DNA of 64,000 nt from a virus (lineage: Duplodnaviria > Heunggongvirae > Uroviricota > Caudoviricetes): IMG/VR virus record IMGVR_UViG_3300032167_007519; one strand, 5' to 3'. Position 1 is the stretch's first letter. The number at the start of each line of letters is the position of its first letter. The translations under genes were made by a program, and so were the position numbers. Below, piece after piece: positions 38,300 through 46,554 of the stretch. Under the pieces are notes generated by a model. It ran no database searches, was not told the DNA's origin, and saw nothing but the letters and a program-made list of their open reading frames with translations.

Positions 38300-38509
38300 T
38301 TACTCAATGCTCCAACTATAATCGTCCCAAGTTACTTTATATGTTTTTCCTAGTAACATGCATTCTGTCTGATAAGTTGTAGTAAATCCATTAGTTCCCT
38401 CAAACATTTCACCAACAAGGCAATGCCAATATTCGATAGTTTGATTAAATCTAACTAAAATTTCATTTTTCATTTCTGTATAACTCATATTTCTTTCCTC
38501 CAATCTCAA
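38300..38509 (-). CDS. Hypothetical protein (69 aa)
   Basis: ORF after promoter motif 38566-38589. Confidence 0.45.
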   Translation of the reverse strand: MRLEERNMSYTEMKNEILVRFNQTIEYWHCLVGEMFEGTNGFTTTYQTECMLLGKTYKVTWDDYSWSIE

Positions 38510-38565
38510 GTAAATAAGGGTTTATAGTTATTTATATTGTTTTATATTCTTCCATCTATTAGCTA

Positions 38566-38589
38566 ACTTTTGGTTTAAGACGTCGGCAA
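38566..38589 (-). promoter_or_regulatory. Motif copy 9
   Basis: ctattagctaacttttggtttaag + acgtcgg. Confidence 0.6.
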
Positions 38590-38610
38590 AATTACTGACG
38601 GAAATAAGAA

Positions 38611-38655
38611 ACAGACAGCCTTAAGAAACTTAAAACTGTCTGTGTGCTATCTTTT
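38611..38655 (-). terminator. Intrinsic terminator (minus strand) after gene 38654..39022
   Basis: CAGACAG..CTGTCTG stem with a long loop, then UUUCUUAUUU. Confidence 0.45.
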
Positions 38656-39022
38656 ATCTGGCAAGATGTGGAGAATCCGAATAATTTGCAGACGGATTTG
38701 TTAAATTATATCCATGATATTCAATTTCTTCGTCTTCTAATTCCGGAAACTCACGAAGTAGTGCAGTGACTAATTCATTTACTGTTTCTGTCATAGATGC
38801 AAAAGTTTCTTTTATAGCAGATAGCTTCTGTTCTGCAAGAGCTTGTCGTTCCGGAGAAGCATTCGGCAATAGATTACTGGAATATGGGCCATCGTTCGGT
38901 TCACATAATTCCGGAACCGTTCGCTTTAAATCTTCCTGTTCCTCTTGAATTTGTTCTTCATATAGGTTGATGCAATTTTTTATTGTCGTAAGTCTGGCTT
39001 CAATTTCTATAGAATATGTCAT
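38654..39022 (-). CDS. Hypothetical acidic protein (122 aa)
   Basis: ORF followed by terminator hairpin 38611-38655. Confidence 0.5.
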   Translation of the reverse strand: MTYSIEIEARLTTIKNCINLYEEQIQEEQEDLKRTVPELCEPNDGPYSSNLLPNASPERQALAEQKLSAIKETFASMTETVNELVTALLREFPELEDEEIEYHGYNLTNPSANYSDSPHLAR

Positions 39023-39037
39023 ATATTTTTTTACCTC

Positions 39038-40498
39038 CTAGCATAATTTCCATGGTGTTGACGCATGTAATAAATTCTCTTTGATAGTGGCTTCGTCTAA
39101 GTCCTGTTTCGCTTCTGATTTTTGTGCTAATTGACGAAGGGTCTGTCTTTTTTGAACAAGCTTATCATATTTTGAAAGTTCTTGAGTTTGAGCATTATTT
39201 ACTTTTTGTCGGTCATGTCTTTTAAAATGAGGTTTCCATGCTAAAACAGTACCATCTACGTCAAATGCCGGAGGGCTATCTTTTTTATTACGGAATTCTA
39301 CTAATCGTTCTGCCAATCTTCCGGTATCAGGTTCTCTGATAACTACTTGGTAATACCCAAAAGTTTTTGGATATTGTTCAGAGCAACTAATCCAGTCTTC
39401 TGTTTTGGGACCAGTTTGTTTTGGCTCTTCTTCCTGACGTAATGCACTATATGTAATATAGTTGCCGTTTTTGGGTTTGTTTTGGTCAGAAATGACTGTC
39501 TTTTCTACTGGATTGCAAGTGAAATAGACACCAGAAAGTTTACCAGAACTACTTTTTCGTCTAAGGTCTTGTGTATATTGCAAGGAAGATAATGTATTTA
39601 ATAGTTCATAAGCTTCTGATTCGTGTCTTGCATGAATAACAAAAGGTTCTTGTTTTTCGTGTAAATCAAGTAAAGAATCATCTAGTTTTTCTATTTTTTC
39701 GTTTTTAGTTTCATAAATATTACGAAACTTTTCATAAAGCGCTTGATAACGTTTCTTCATTTCTTCTGCTGTTAAATTTGGATTTTTAAAAGTAGTGATA
39801 TCTACACCAGCAGATAAGGCTAATCTTAAAACCTTTAGTTGTTCACGGTTATAGGCTGGATTCATAATTTCCCAAACAGGAAGATGGTCTTGTAAAGCAA
39901 GTCGGAATTGTTCCATTTGGACTCCATCATATAAAGGATTTGCATAATATTGAACAGGAAGACCAGCTTCAATCCCTAAACGGATTTGTCTCATGGCTTC
40001 ACAAGAAAACATAGGATTTCTATACCACGAAGTATCTAAGCCTTTTGTAAGACCCACTCGAATTTCAGCCATTTGACGGTCATTATATTCTGGGTTAGAA
40101 TAATATTCTATTTTTATTCCAGCATTAAGACCCATAGCTATTTGCTTCATTTGGAGAAGTGTATACTTTGGATTTAATAAGTAAGAAATATCTAAACCTT
40201 GTTTGTAAAGTTTTTCTAGATAGGTTTTTTGCTCATTACTATATTGATTGTCTTTTGTTAATTCTGCAATAATATCTTTTCTTGCTAAAGATTCTTTTTT
40301 TTCTCTAATACAACGTTCTTTAATATGTTTCTGTTCTTCTAGAGATAAATAATTTAATTCTCTAACTAAAATAGAATGTCGAGTATTACAAGCATCAACA
40401 GAACGTCCTAATACTTTTGCAATTTCTTTTCTTGGAGCGTCAGAATTTAATAAAATCTCGTCTTCTGATTTTGTCCAAGGTTTTGTTCCTTTAGGCAT
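39038..40498 (-). CDS. Tandem ~36-aa repeat protein, paralog 3, with an N-terminal Myb/SANT-like motif
   Basis: KPWTKSEDEILL is SANT-like. Repeats include GLDISYLLNPKYTLLQMKQIAMGL and GLDTSWYRNPMFSCEAMRQIRLGI. Confidence 0.55.
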   Translation of the reverse strand: MPKGTKPWTKSEDEILLNSDAPRKEIAKVLGRSVDACNTRHSILVRELNYLSLEEQKHIKERCIREKKESLARKDIIAELTKDNQYSNEQKTYLEKLYKQGLDISYLLNPKYTLLQMKQIAMGLNAGIKIEYYSNPEYNDRQMAEIRVGLTKGLDTSWYRNPMFSCEAMRQIRLGIEAGLPVQYYANPLYDGVQMEQFRLALQDHLPVWEIMNPAYNREQLKVLRLALSAGVDITTFKNPNLTAEEMKKRYQALYEKFRNIYETKNEKIEKLDDSLLDLHEKQEPFVIHARHESEAYELLNTLSSLQYTQDLRRKSSSGKLSGVYFTCNPVEKTVISDQNKPKNGNYITYSALRQEEEPKQTGPKTEDWISCSEQYPKTFGYYQVVIREPDTGRLAERLVEFRNKKDSPPAFDVDGTVLAWKPHFKRHDRQKVNNAQTQELSKYDKLVQKRQTLRQLAQKSEAKQDLDEATIKENLLHASTPWKLC

Positions 40499-40509
40499 CG
40501 TTTTATACC

Positions 40510-40944
40510 TTATATTGTAAGTACATTTTTATTCTTTTTTGATTCTGCATAAGCGTATAAGATGTTCATATCAAAACCATTTTCTACAAACTCTTCTGAT
40601 AATTTTCGATGACAACCATTTCCAAGATAGGTATAAATAAATTCCACCTCTTCTTCGGAAAAATCTGTTTCTAAAAAACGATTGATGCCATCTAACATGA
40701 ATTTGTGAAATTTATCGTTATTCGCATCTGTTTTATAGACTAATGTCTTAAATGCACCACGGGTTAAATATTCTAATACTTTACAATTGACCTCTGTCCA
40801 TGAAGTACATTCATATAAATTAAAATATTGGTTTCCTTTTGTATGAACAAGAACTTCTCCATTGGCTAATAATCTCGTTTCTGGGAAACTTTTTTGAAGT
40901 CTTGAAAGGACTTGTTCTATAAAATTGTTTGGTAAATCTGGCAT
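40510..40944 (-). CDS. Hypothetical protein (144 aa)
   Basis: ORF. Confidence 0.5.
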   Translation of the reverse strand: MPDLPNNFIEQVLSRLQKSFPETRLLANGEVLVHTKGNQYFNLYECTSWTEVNCKVLEYLTRGAFKTLVYKTDANNDKFHKFMLDGINRFLETDFSEEEVEFIYTYLGNGCHRKLSEEFVENGFDMNILYAYAESKKNKNVLTI

Positions 40945-40956
40945 ATAAATTCCTTT

Positions 40957-41445
40957 CTATCTTAAGTTCGCAATTTGGAAGGCATGTTGTAATTCGTTTG
41001 CAGATTCTCTTGCTGAAGCAAAATAATTGTCTATATTTGTGACTAAGGTATTTATATTTGTTAAGATTCCTTTTGCAGATAATCCATAAGGAATAAATGC
41101 AAAAAAATTGTCAGTGCCAAATCCTTCTGAGTTGTGGCCATAAGCATAAATGGTTTTACCGGAAGAATATTTATGAGTGGCAGCTTCTGCTAATCGAATT
41201 ACATGAGAATGTCTTGCATTGTCTGAATCACAATATTCTTGGTCATAAGAATATACGGCAAGAAGTCCATAAGTATCTTTATACTGTACAAGATAAGTTT
41301 TTTGTGAGGATTTAAGGGCTTCTTGATACCAAGAAATAACCTCTTTCGGTACTGTAGATTCCTTATTGAGAACATTGCCGTCTTTTGCTAAAAAAGTAAT
41401 TTGTGGATATAGTTCTTTAAAATTTATTGCAGTTTTGGCTTGCAT
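40957..41445 (-). CDS. Hypothetical protein (162 aa)
   Basis: ORF. Confidence 0.5.
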   Translation of the reverse strand: MQAKTAINFKELYPQITFLAKDGNVLNKESTVPKEVISWYQEALKSSQKTYLVQYKDTYGLLAVYSYDQEYCDSDNARHSHVIRLAEAATHKYSSGKTIYAYGHNSEGFGTDNFFAFIPYGLSAKGILTNINTLVTNIDNYFASARESANELQHAFQIANLR

Positions 41446-41490
41446 AAAATTATTCCTCTTTTTCTTTTGAAAATACTGAGTTTTTTAAAA

Positions 41491-41733
41491 TTATATAGTT
41501 AAAAATTGTTCTGCTCTTTTTGGAGATAGTCCTTTGAGATAATCAGCTTGAATTCTTGTAGTAACAATACATCGTAGTTCAAACTCAATCATATTATTAT
41601 GAATGAGTTGTTTTACTTCATCTTCTGTGATTATTTGTGGATTATATAAAACACTCATTTCTTCTTCTGTTCCAACAATCGGATTATTGTCTGAATCACA
41701 AGTAAGTTTAGAAAAATCTATTCGTAAAACCAT
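41491..41733 (-). CDS. Hypothetical protein (80 aa)
   Basis: ORF after the promoter motif near 41758. Confidence 0.45.
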   Translation of the reverse strand: MVLRIDFSKLTCDSDNNPIVGTEEEMSVLYNPQIITEDEVKQLIHNNMIEFELRCIVTTRIQADYLKGLSPKRAEQFLTI

Positions 41734-41757
41734 TATTACTTATTCCTTTCGCTATTT

Positions 41758-41783
41758 ACTTATTAGCTAATTTTTGGTTTAAG
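41758..41783 (-). promoter_or_regulatory. Motif copy 10
   Basis: acttattagctaatttttggtttaag + ctttcgg. Confidence 0.6.
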
Positions 41784-42002
41784 CTTTCGGGATAAAAAGC
41801 TCTCGGAATTTAAAGAGGAAATCATTTAGAAAAACTTTTAGAAACTTGTTTAGAATTTTTATGTGCATTTAAAAATATATTGTATATATTAGTATATGTG
41901 AAAGTTTGACATATTTTTAATCTTTCACAAAAGAAAAAAAAGAAAAACACCCATTGCTGAGCGTTTCTCTTTGTAGGAAGGACACTATATGAAAAAAGAA
42001 AT

Positions 42003-42794
42003 TTATTTGTTAATCTGATAGGTGAAGCCTTGGTCTTTCATATACTGCTCTAAGTTACCACCTGCTGGGATATAGAAGATACAGTCATCTGCAACACCAC
42101 GAATGGCGTATTCATCAATAGTTGTGAAATCTTCTAAAAAGATAACTTCTTTTAAATTTGGACATCTATCAATGGTAAAACCAGCTAAATATCCATTATT
42201 CATTTTTGCAGATTCAAATATTAAAGATTCTAATGCCGAACAACCGTGAAATGTATATTTTTCTGTTTCAGCAGCAAGAACAGTAAACTTCTTTAGAGAT
42301 GCACTGGAAATCATACAAACATTGTCTCGGTCACCTGTACTTTTATGAGCTTCAACTAATGTAGAAGAATATACAACTTCTTCTAATTTTAACAATCTGT
42401 TAACACTTGGAATAAGATTCACTTGAGTTTTTCCTTCAGGAACTATTAAACGAACTGCGTTCTCAAATACATATTTAACTTCTTCTGTAACTTCTCCAGC
42501 TTCTACAGCTTCAGGAATAATAAGTTTTCCAAAATAGCTCTGAAGATTTCCTTCGGTATCATAATACTGATATTCAAATAGATTTGCATTTGTCGGCTCT
42601 TTGTTTTCTGAAGAATTTCCTTCAGGGTTGGTTGTTACTTCTTCCTGATTATTTGTTTCCGGGAAGTTTTCCTGTGGAGTTTCAGATGGATTCTCAATTG
42701 TTGGAGTAGTTACTGGAGTTTCGTCTGTGGTCTTACAGCCACCAAGCATTACTAAACTGATTACTAACATCATACTTAACATACGTCTTTTCAT
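42003..42794 (-). CDS. Lipoprotein with BspA-type leucine-rich repeats (LRR_5)
   Basis: Lipobox LGGC. FHGCSALESLIFESAK...DRCPNLKEVIF...IDEYAIRG matches the LRR_5 pattern. Confidence 0.6.
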   Translation of the reverse strand: MKRRMLSMMLVISLVMLGGCKTTDETPVTTPTIENPSETPQENFPETNNQEEVTTNPEGNSSENKEPTNANLFEYQYYDTEGNLQSYFGKLIIPEAVEAGEVTEEVKYVFENAVRLIVPEGKTQVNLIPSVNRLLKLEEVVYSSTLVEAHKSTGDRDNVCMISSASLKKFTVLAAETEKYTFHGCSALESLIFESAKMNNGYLAGFTIDRCPNLKEVIFLEDFTTIDEYAIRGVADDCIFYIPAGGNLEQYMKDQGFTYQINK

Positions 42795-42906
42795 AATTTT
42801 TTCCTCATTTCTTTAATTTGACTGCTGAAAATCAGCATTGGGTTTATTGTATCAAAAATTGATTTTTGTTTCAACTATTTTCCATAGTTTATTTGTTGCC
42901 TCCTAT

Positions 42907-42931
42907 ATATTAGCTACAAAATGGTTTAAGA
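42907..42931 (-). promoter_or_regulatory. Motif copy 11
   Basis: tatattagctacaaaatggtttaag + atggcgg. Confidence 0.55.
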
Positions 42932-42991
42932 TGGCGGTAAATATTGCGATATTTTTAAAAAAGATTTTGAATAAAAAAACTCTGCAAAAGC

Positions 42992-43246
42992 CTAAACCTT
43001 CGCAGAGATTTTATTGTCAACTATAACTAGTTTTCCTTCATCAATATATCGTAAGATTTCTGAGATGGGAACGTTTGTATCTCGGAAAATATCTAAAGCA
43101 CAACTTAATGGGTGTTTGATTAAATAATTCTCAATAACCGTAAATTGCTCATTATCAATATGTCTACAATTTTGACAGTAGGCTAAAGGAATTATCGATT
43201 GAAAAATAGCTTTACAATGTCTGCAAGTATTTACTTTTTGCTTCAT
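42992..43246 (-). CDS. Small protein with a zinc-ribbon-like CxxC...CxxC (84 aa)
   Basis: CRHC...CQNC. Confidence 0.45.
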   Translation of the reverse strand: MKQKVNTCRHCKAIFQSIIPLAYCQNCRHIDNEQFTVIENYLIKHPLSCALDIFRDTNVPISEILRYIDEGKLVIVDNKISAKV

Positions 43247-43267
43247 AAATGCTTTTCACCCACTTCA

Positions 43268-44401
43268 TTATCGTGTTATTAAATAATCGGCTTCAGAAAT
43301 ATAAGAAAGATACATTTTCCATAAATCATCTACAGTTTTTTCTTTAAAAAGGTTATGCTTTTTACATAAGTCATTCGTATAGTCTTTTAAATAATAAACA
43401 CAATAATTTCCTTTTTCTAAATGAGTAATTGTAGGGATTAACTCATAATTAGAGATAAAGGTTGTAGAATGGTCTCCAATCGATACTTTACGAATTGTAA
43501 TATCAGCCATACCACCTATCATTCTTGGGTCTTTATTCTGCGTGGAAATAAAATTGCCAAGACTATAGTAAACAACGGCAGTATTTCCTGCATCTGTAGT
43601 ACGTTTGCCATAGGTTTCTAAGACATGTGGATGCGCACATAAAACTAAATCTGCTCCAAGGTCAATAAATTTATCAACATGTTTTCTGGCATAACTGGTG
43701 GGAGTATATACATATTCATCTCCAACATGCAAAATAGCAATCTGAAAATCACTATTTTCACTCGCTTCTTTCATGGTGTTGTCAATGTTTTCATCAGATA
43801 ACATATCAACAACATAGTCTTTGCCCTTCTTTAAAGAATCTAATCCGTTTAAACCATAGGTATAATTTACAAAAGAAAAAACAATATTATTATTTATAAT
43901 ATAACAAATGTCGGAATCTTCTTCTGAATCATGAATTCCTAAAACATTGATTTCTGGATATTTGCTCCAAAAATTTAATGTCTGTTCAATACCAGATAAA
44001 CCTTGGTCTAATGTATGATTCGTAGCATGGGCAATAACATCAAATCCGGCCTCAACTAAAGAGTCTCCAATTGCCATAGTGGTTCCAAATCGTGGATAAC
44101 CAGAATAGTCGGATTCATCTTCTACAAACATGGTCTCTTGGTTAATAATGGCAATATCAGCAGATTGAATTTCTTCTTTGACATGCTCGTACATAATGGT
44201 TTCTTTGTAAGAACCGTCAGCTTGCTTACACTGATTATTAAGAGAGCCATGAATTAAATTATCTCCAACCATCTTAATATTGGATTCTGTTACTTTAATA
44301 AGCTTTTGAGTAATTGGACGAGCAATTGTTTCTTCGGTGAATGGAACTTCAGAAATAATTGTAAGACCAACTAACATTGTTGCTATTACTTCTTTAATCA
44401 T
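43268..44401 (-). CDS. CapA/PGA_cap-family metallophosphatase-like protein with signal peptide
   Basis: VLCAHPHV and VYYSLGNFIS are typical CapA motifs. N-terminal hydrophobic signal. Confidence 0.6.
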   Translation of the reverse strand: MIKEVIATMLVGLTIISEVPFTEETIARPITQKLIKVTESNIKMVGDNLIHGSLNNQCKQADGSYKETIMYEHVKEEIQSADIAIINQETMFVEDESDYSGYPRFGTTMAIGDSLVEAGFDVIAHATNHTLDQGLSGIEQTLNFWSKYPEINVLGIHDSEEDSDICYIINNNIVFSFVNYTYGLNGLDSLKKGKDYVVDMLSDENIDNTMKEASENSDFQIAILHVGDEYVYTPTSYARKHVDKFIDLGADLVLCAHPHVLETYGKRTTDAGNTAVVYYSLGNFISTQNKDPRMIGGMADITIRKVSIGDHSTTFISNYELIPTITHLEKGNYCVYYLKDYTNDLCKKHNLFKEKTVDDLWKMYLSYISEADYLITR

Positions 44402-44435
44402 AAATCATATTCCTTTCTTTAAACAAAAAATGCTA

Positions 44436-44460
44436 CTTATTAGCTACTTTTTGGTTTAAG
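44436..44460 (-). promoter_or_regulatory. Motif copy 12
   Basis: cttattagctactttttggtttaag + attttgg. Confidence 0.6.
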
Positions 44461-44470
44461 ATTTTGGAAT

Positions 44471-44508
44471 AAAATAAAAAAAACCGAAGACTGTATGAGG
44501 TCTTTAGG
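44471..44508 (-). terminator. Intrinsic terminator (minus strand)
   Basis: Imperfect hairpin CCGAAGAC..GTCTTTAGG, then U8-13 on the minus strand. Confidence 0.5.
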
Positions 44509-44705
44509 TTTTCATAATTTATTGGGAATATTTATTTTTAAGAGGAACTCCCCAATCGTCATAAAGTGCATTGTCTGCGGGCTCTCCTAACCGGGGACCT
44601 TTGTGAATATACAGGAGATTATGACTTTCCAAAATAATCTCAATTGAGATTATTGCTAGATATCTAGCGCCTCACAAAGGAAATCATGAAATACATCAGA
44701 TTGCA

Positions 44706-44737
44706 AATAGCTAACCAAAAGATTAGCTACAACAACC
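44706..44737 (+). promoter_or_regulatory. Degenerate copy of the motif in the opposite orientation (would direct plus-strand transcription)
   Basis: aatagctaaccaaaagattagctacaacaac, compared with minus-orientation consensus CTTAAACCAAAAAGTAGCTAATAA. Confidence 0.3.
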
Positions 44738-44932
44738 AGACGCAGAGATGGGATTTGAACCCATGCTATGAAAAAGGAGAATGGATAGTAAAAATGACAA
44801 AATTTACTTAAGGAGTTTATCAAAATGGTTAATTGCTAAATATATGTAATTCGGAGGTTTTAACAAATATGCAAAAAAAACTGCCCAAACACCTTTTTCC
44901 TAATATAGCTTCCTTTATTCTCTGCGATATTT

Positions 44933-44959
44933 AGAGGGGTAGAATCCCCTCTTATTTTT
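44933..44959 (+). terminator. Plus-strand intrinsic terminator (perfect 7-bp GC hairpin with T-run on the plus side)
   Basis: AGAGGGG-TAGAAT-CCCCTCT TATTTTT. Confidence 0.5.
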
Positions 44960-44961
44960 AA

Positions 44962-45402
44962 TTATTCAAAATCTTCGCTATCATCGTCTTCTTCATCGTC
45001 GACTTCAACAGCTACTATAAAGCCTAAGGATGGACCTTCATACTCGTCAAAGCCCCAGAGCTCGCTGAATTCTGCTAATTCTGCTCTTAAATCCTTGTGA
45101 GATTTTGCCGCAAAGTTAATCTGATTTCTGAGGACTTCTCGATTGACAACATCTTCTGGAATTTCAGAAGAAAGGTCTAATTCCTTAAACTGTTTTAGAG
45201 CTTCTGCATGAACCTTTTCTAACTGCTCTAACTTCTGACAAAGGTCATCATACTCTTTTACAGCTTCATAATAATCGTTTTCCATTTCTTTCTCATAACG
45301 ACGATTGCGAATTGCTGTACAAATCTTTGGAATAGCAATAACTCCTGCTACAAGGCTGGCAACACCTGCACCAATTCCAATACATAATTTCTTATTATTC
45401 AT
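44962..45402 (-). CDS. Membrane-anchored coiled-coil protein with an acidic C-terminus (146 aa)
   Basis: N-terminal TM helix, then a coiled coil, then DDEEDDDSEDFE. Confidence 0.5.
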   Translation of the reverse strand: MNNKKLCIGIGAGVASLVAGVIAIPKICTAIRNRRYEKEMENDYYEAVKEYDDLCQKLEQLEKVHAEALKQFKELDLSSEIPEDVVNREVLRNQINFAAKSHKDLRAELAEFSELWGFDEYEGPSLGFIVAVEVDDEEDDDSEDFE

Positions 45403-45489
45403 TGGATTTTTATCCTCCTTAAAGATTATTTTTTTATGGGAAGTAGGCAGGTCTAATAGACCTACCTAATCCATTTTTTTATGTACTTA

Positions 45490-46407
45490 TTACTTCTTGA
45501 ACTGCTTTAAAATGGTTAAAGCAACGGAAATTCCTTCGTCAGAAGCATTCTGAGCTGCCTCTAATAAGTCTACATATCTTGGGTCAATTTTTGCGGCTTC
45601 TGCAGCAGTTTCAAAAGAATTTGTTAAAGTCTTTGTTAATTCTTCACAGAATGCAAAAGATTCTAAAATGGAAGCCTTAATGGTATCAAGACTCTTTTCT
45701 ACGGTCAAACCATCTACCGGGTCAGTCTTCTTTAAGCCCATTACTTTACGAAGCTTTGCTTCCATTTCTGGGGTTAATGCCTTTAATTCGGCCTGCTTCT
45801 TTGCTCTGGTAGCCTTTGGCTTGGTTTCGGCGGTAACGGACTGGTCCATGGTCTTAATCTCCTTCTTCTTCTCTTCGGTTTTTTCTACTGGCTTCTTCTT
45901 TGGGGAAGAAACATTGGGCTTCTTAGGTTCTACAGTTTTGGTTTCCTGTTTTTCAGTCTTTGTTGGGGTAACTTCTACAGGTTTTGGCATTGGAAAATCT
46001 TCTTTTTCTGTCTTTTCCGCTACAGACTTTTTTACAGGCTCTTTCTTATCAGGAGTCTCCGCCTTCTTATCAGGGGTCTCCGCCTTTTCCGCCTTCTTTT
46101 CAGGAGCGGAAGATTCCTTTTCTGTAGGGGTAACTGTTTTTGTAGTCTTTCCGGCAGAAGGAATTTCTGCAAGATTTCCACCGTTTTTTTTAATTTCTTC
46201 ATAAAATTCAGAAATTGGATAATCTAAGTTTTTGCAAATCAATTCAATTTCTTCTTTCGTTGGAATAGTAACACCTTTTAACCAGTCGTTATACTGTGCT
46301 TCAGAAATGTTTACCTGAGAACAAACACTTTTTAATGTGGTCTGATTACATTTCTTTACTGTAGCTGCTAAATTCATTACTAACAGCTTTCCTAATGCGT
46401 ATGCCAT
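45490..46407 (-). CDS. HTH (XRE-like) protein with a long Lys/Glu/Pro-rich low-complexity middle region
   Basis: N-terminal helix-turn-helix-like segment, then repeats ETPDKKAETPDKKEP. Confidence 0.5.
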   Translation of the reverse strand: MAYALGKLLVMNLAATVKKCNQTTLKSVCSQVNISEAQYNDWLKGVTIPTKEEIELICKNLDYPISEFYEEIKKNGGNLAEIPSAGKTTKTVTPTEKESSAPEKKAEKAETPDKKAETPDKKEPVKKSVAEKTEKEDFPMPKPVEVTPTKTEKQETKTVEPKKPNVSSPKKKPVEKTEEKKKEIKTMDQSVTAETKPKATRAKKQAELKALTPEMEAKLRKVMGLKKTDPVDGLTVEKSLDTIKASILESFAFCEELTKTLTNSFETAAEAAKIDPRYVDLLEAAQNASDEGISVALTILKQFKK

Positions 46408-46451
46408 GATTCATTTCCTCCTGTTCATGGAATATAAAATTAGTAGGTACA

Positions 46452-46476
46452 ATTATTAACTACTTTTTGGTTTAAT
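46452..46476 (-). promoter_or_regulatory. Motif copy 13 (variant TTAACTA / TTTAAT)
   Basis: attattaactactttttggtttaat + ttgtcgg. Confidence 0.5.
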
Positions 46477-46493
46477 TTGTCGGTAAGTGTTTT

Positions 46494-46537
46494 CAAACAA
46501 AAAGAAAAAGCTATGTAAGATATTCTCTCACATAGCT
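46494..46537 (-). terminator. Intrinsic terminator (minus strand) after the Big_2 gene
   Basis: AGCTATGT..ACATAGCT 8-bp stem, then UUUUUCUUUUUGUUU. Confidence 0.55.
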
Positions 46538-46554
46538 TAATCCTTTTAACTTGT

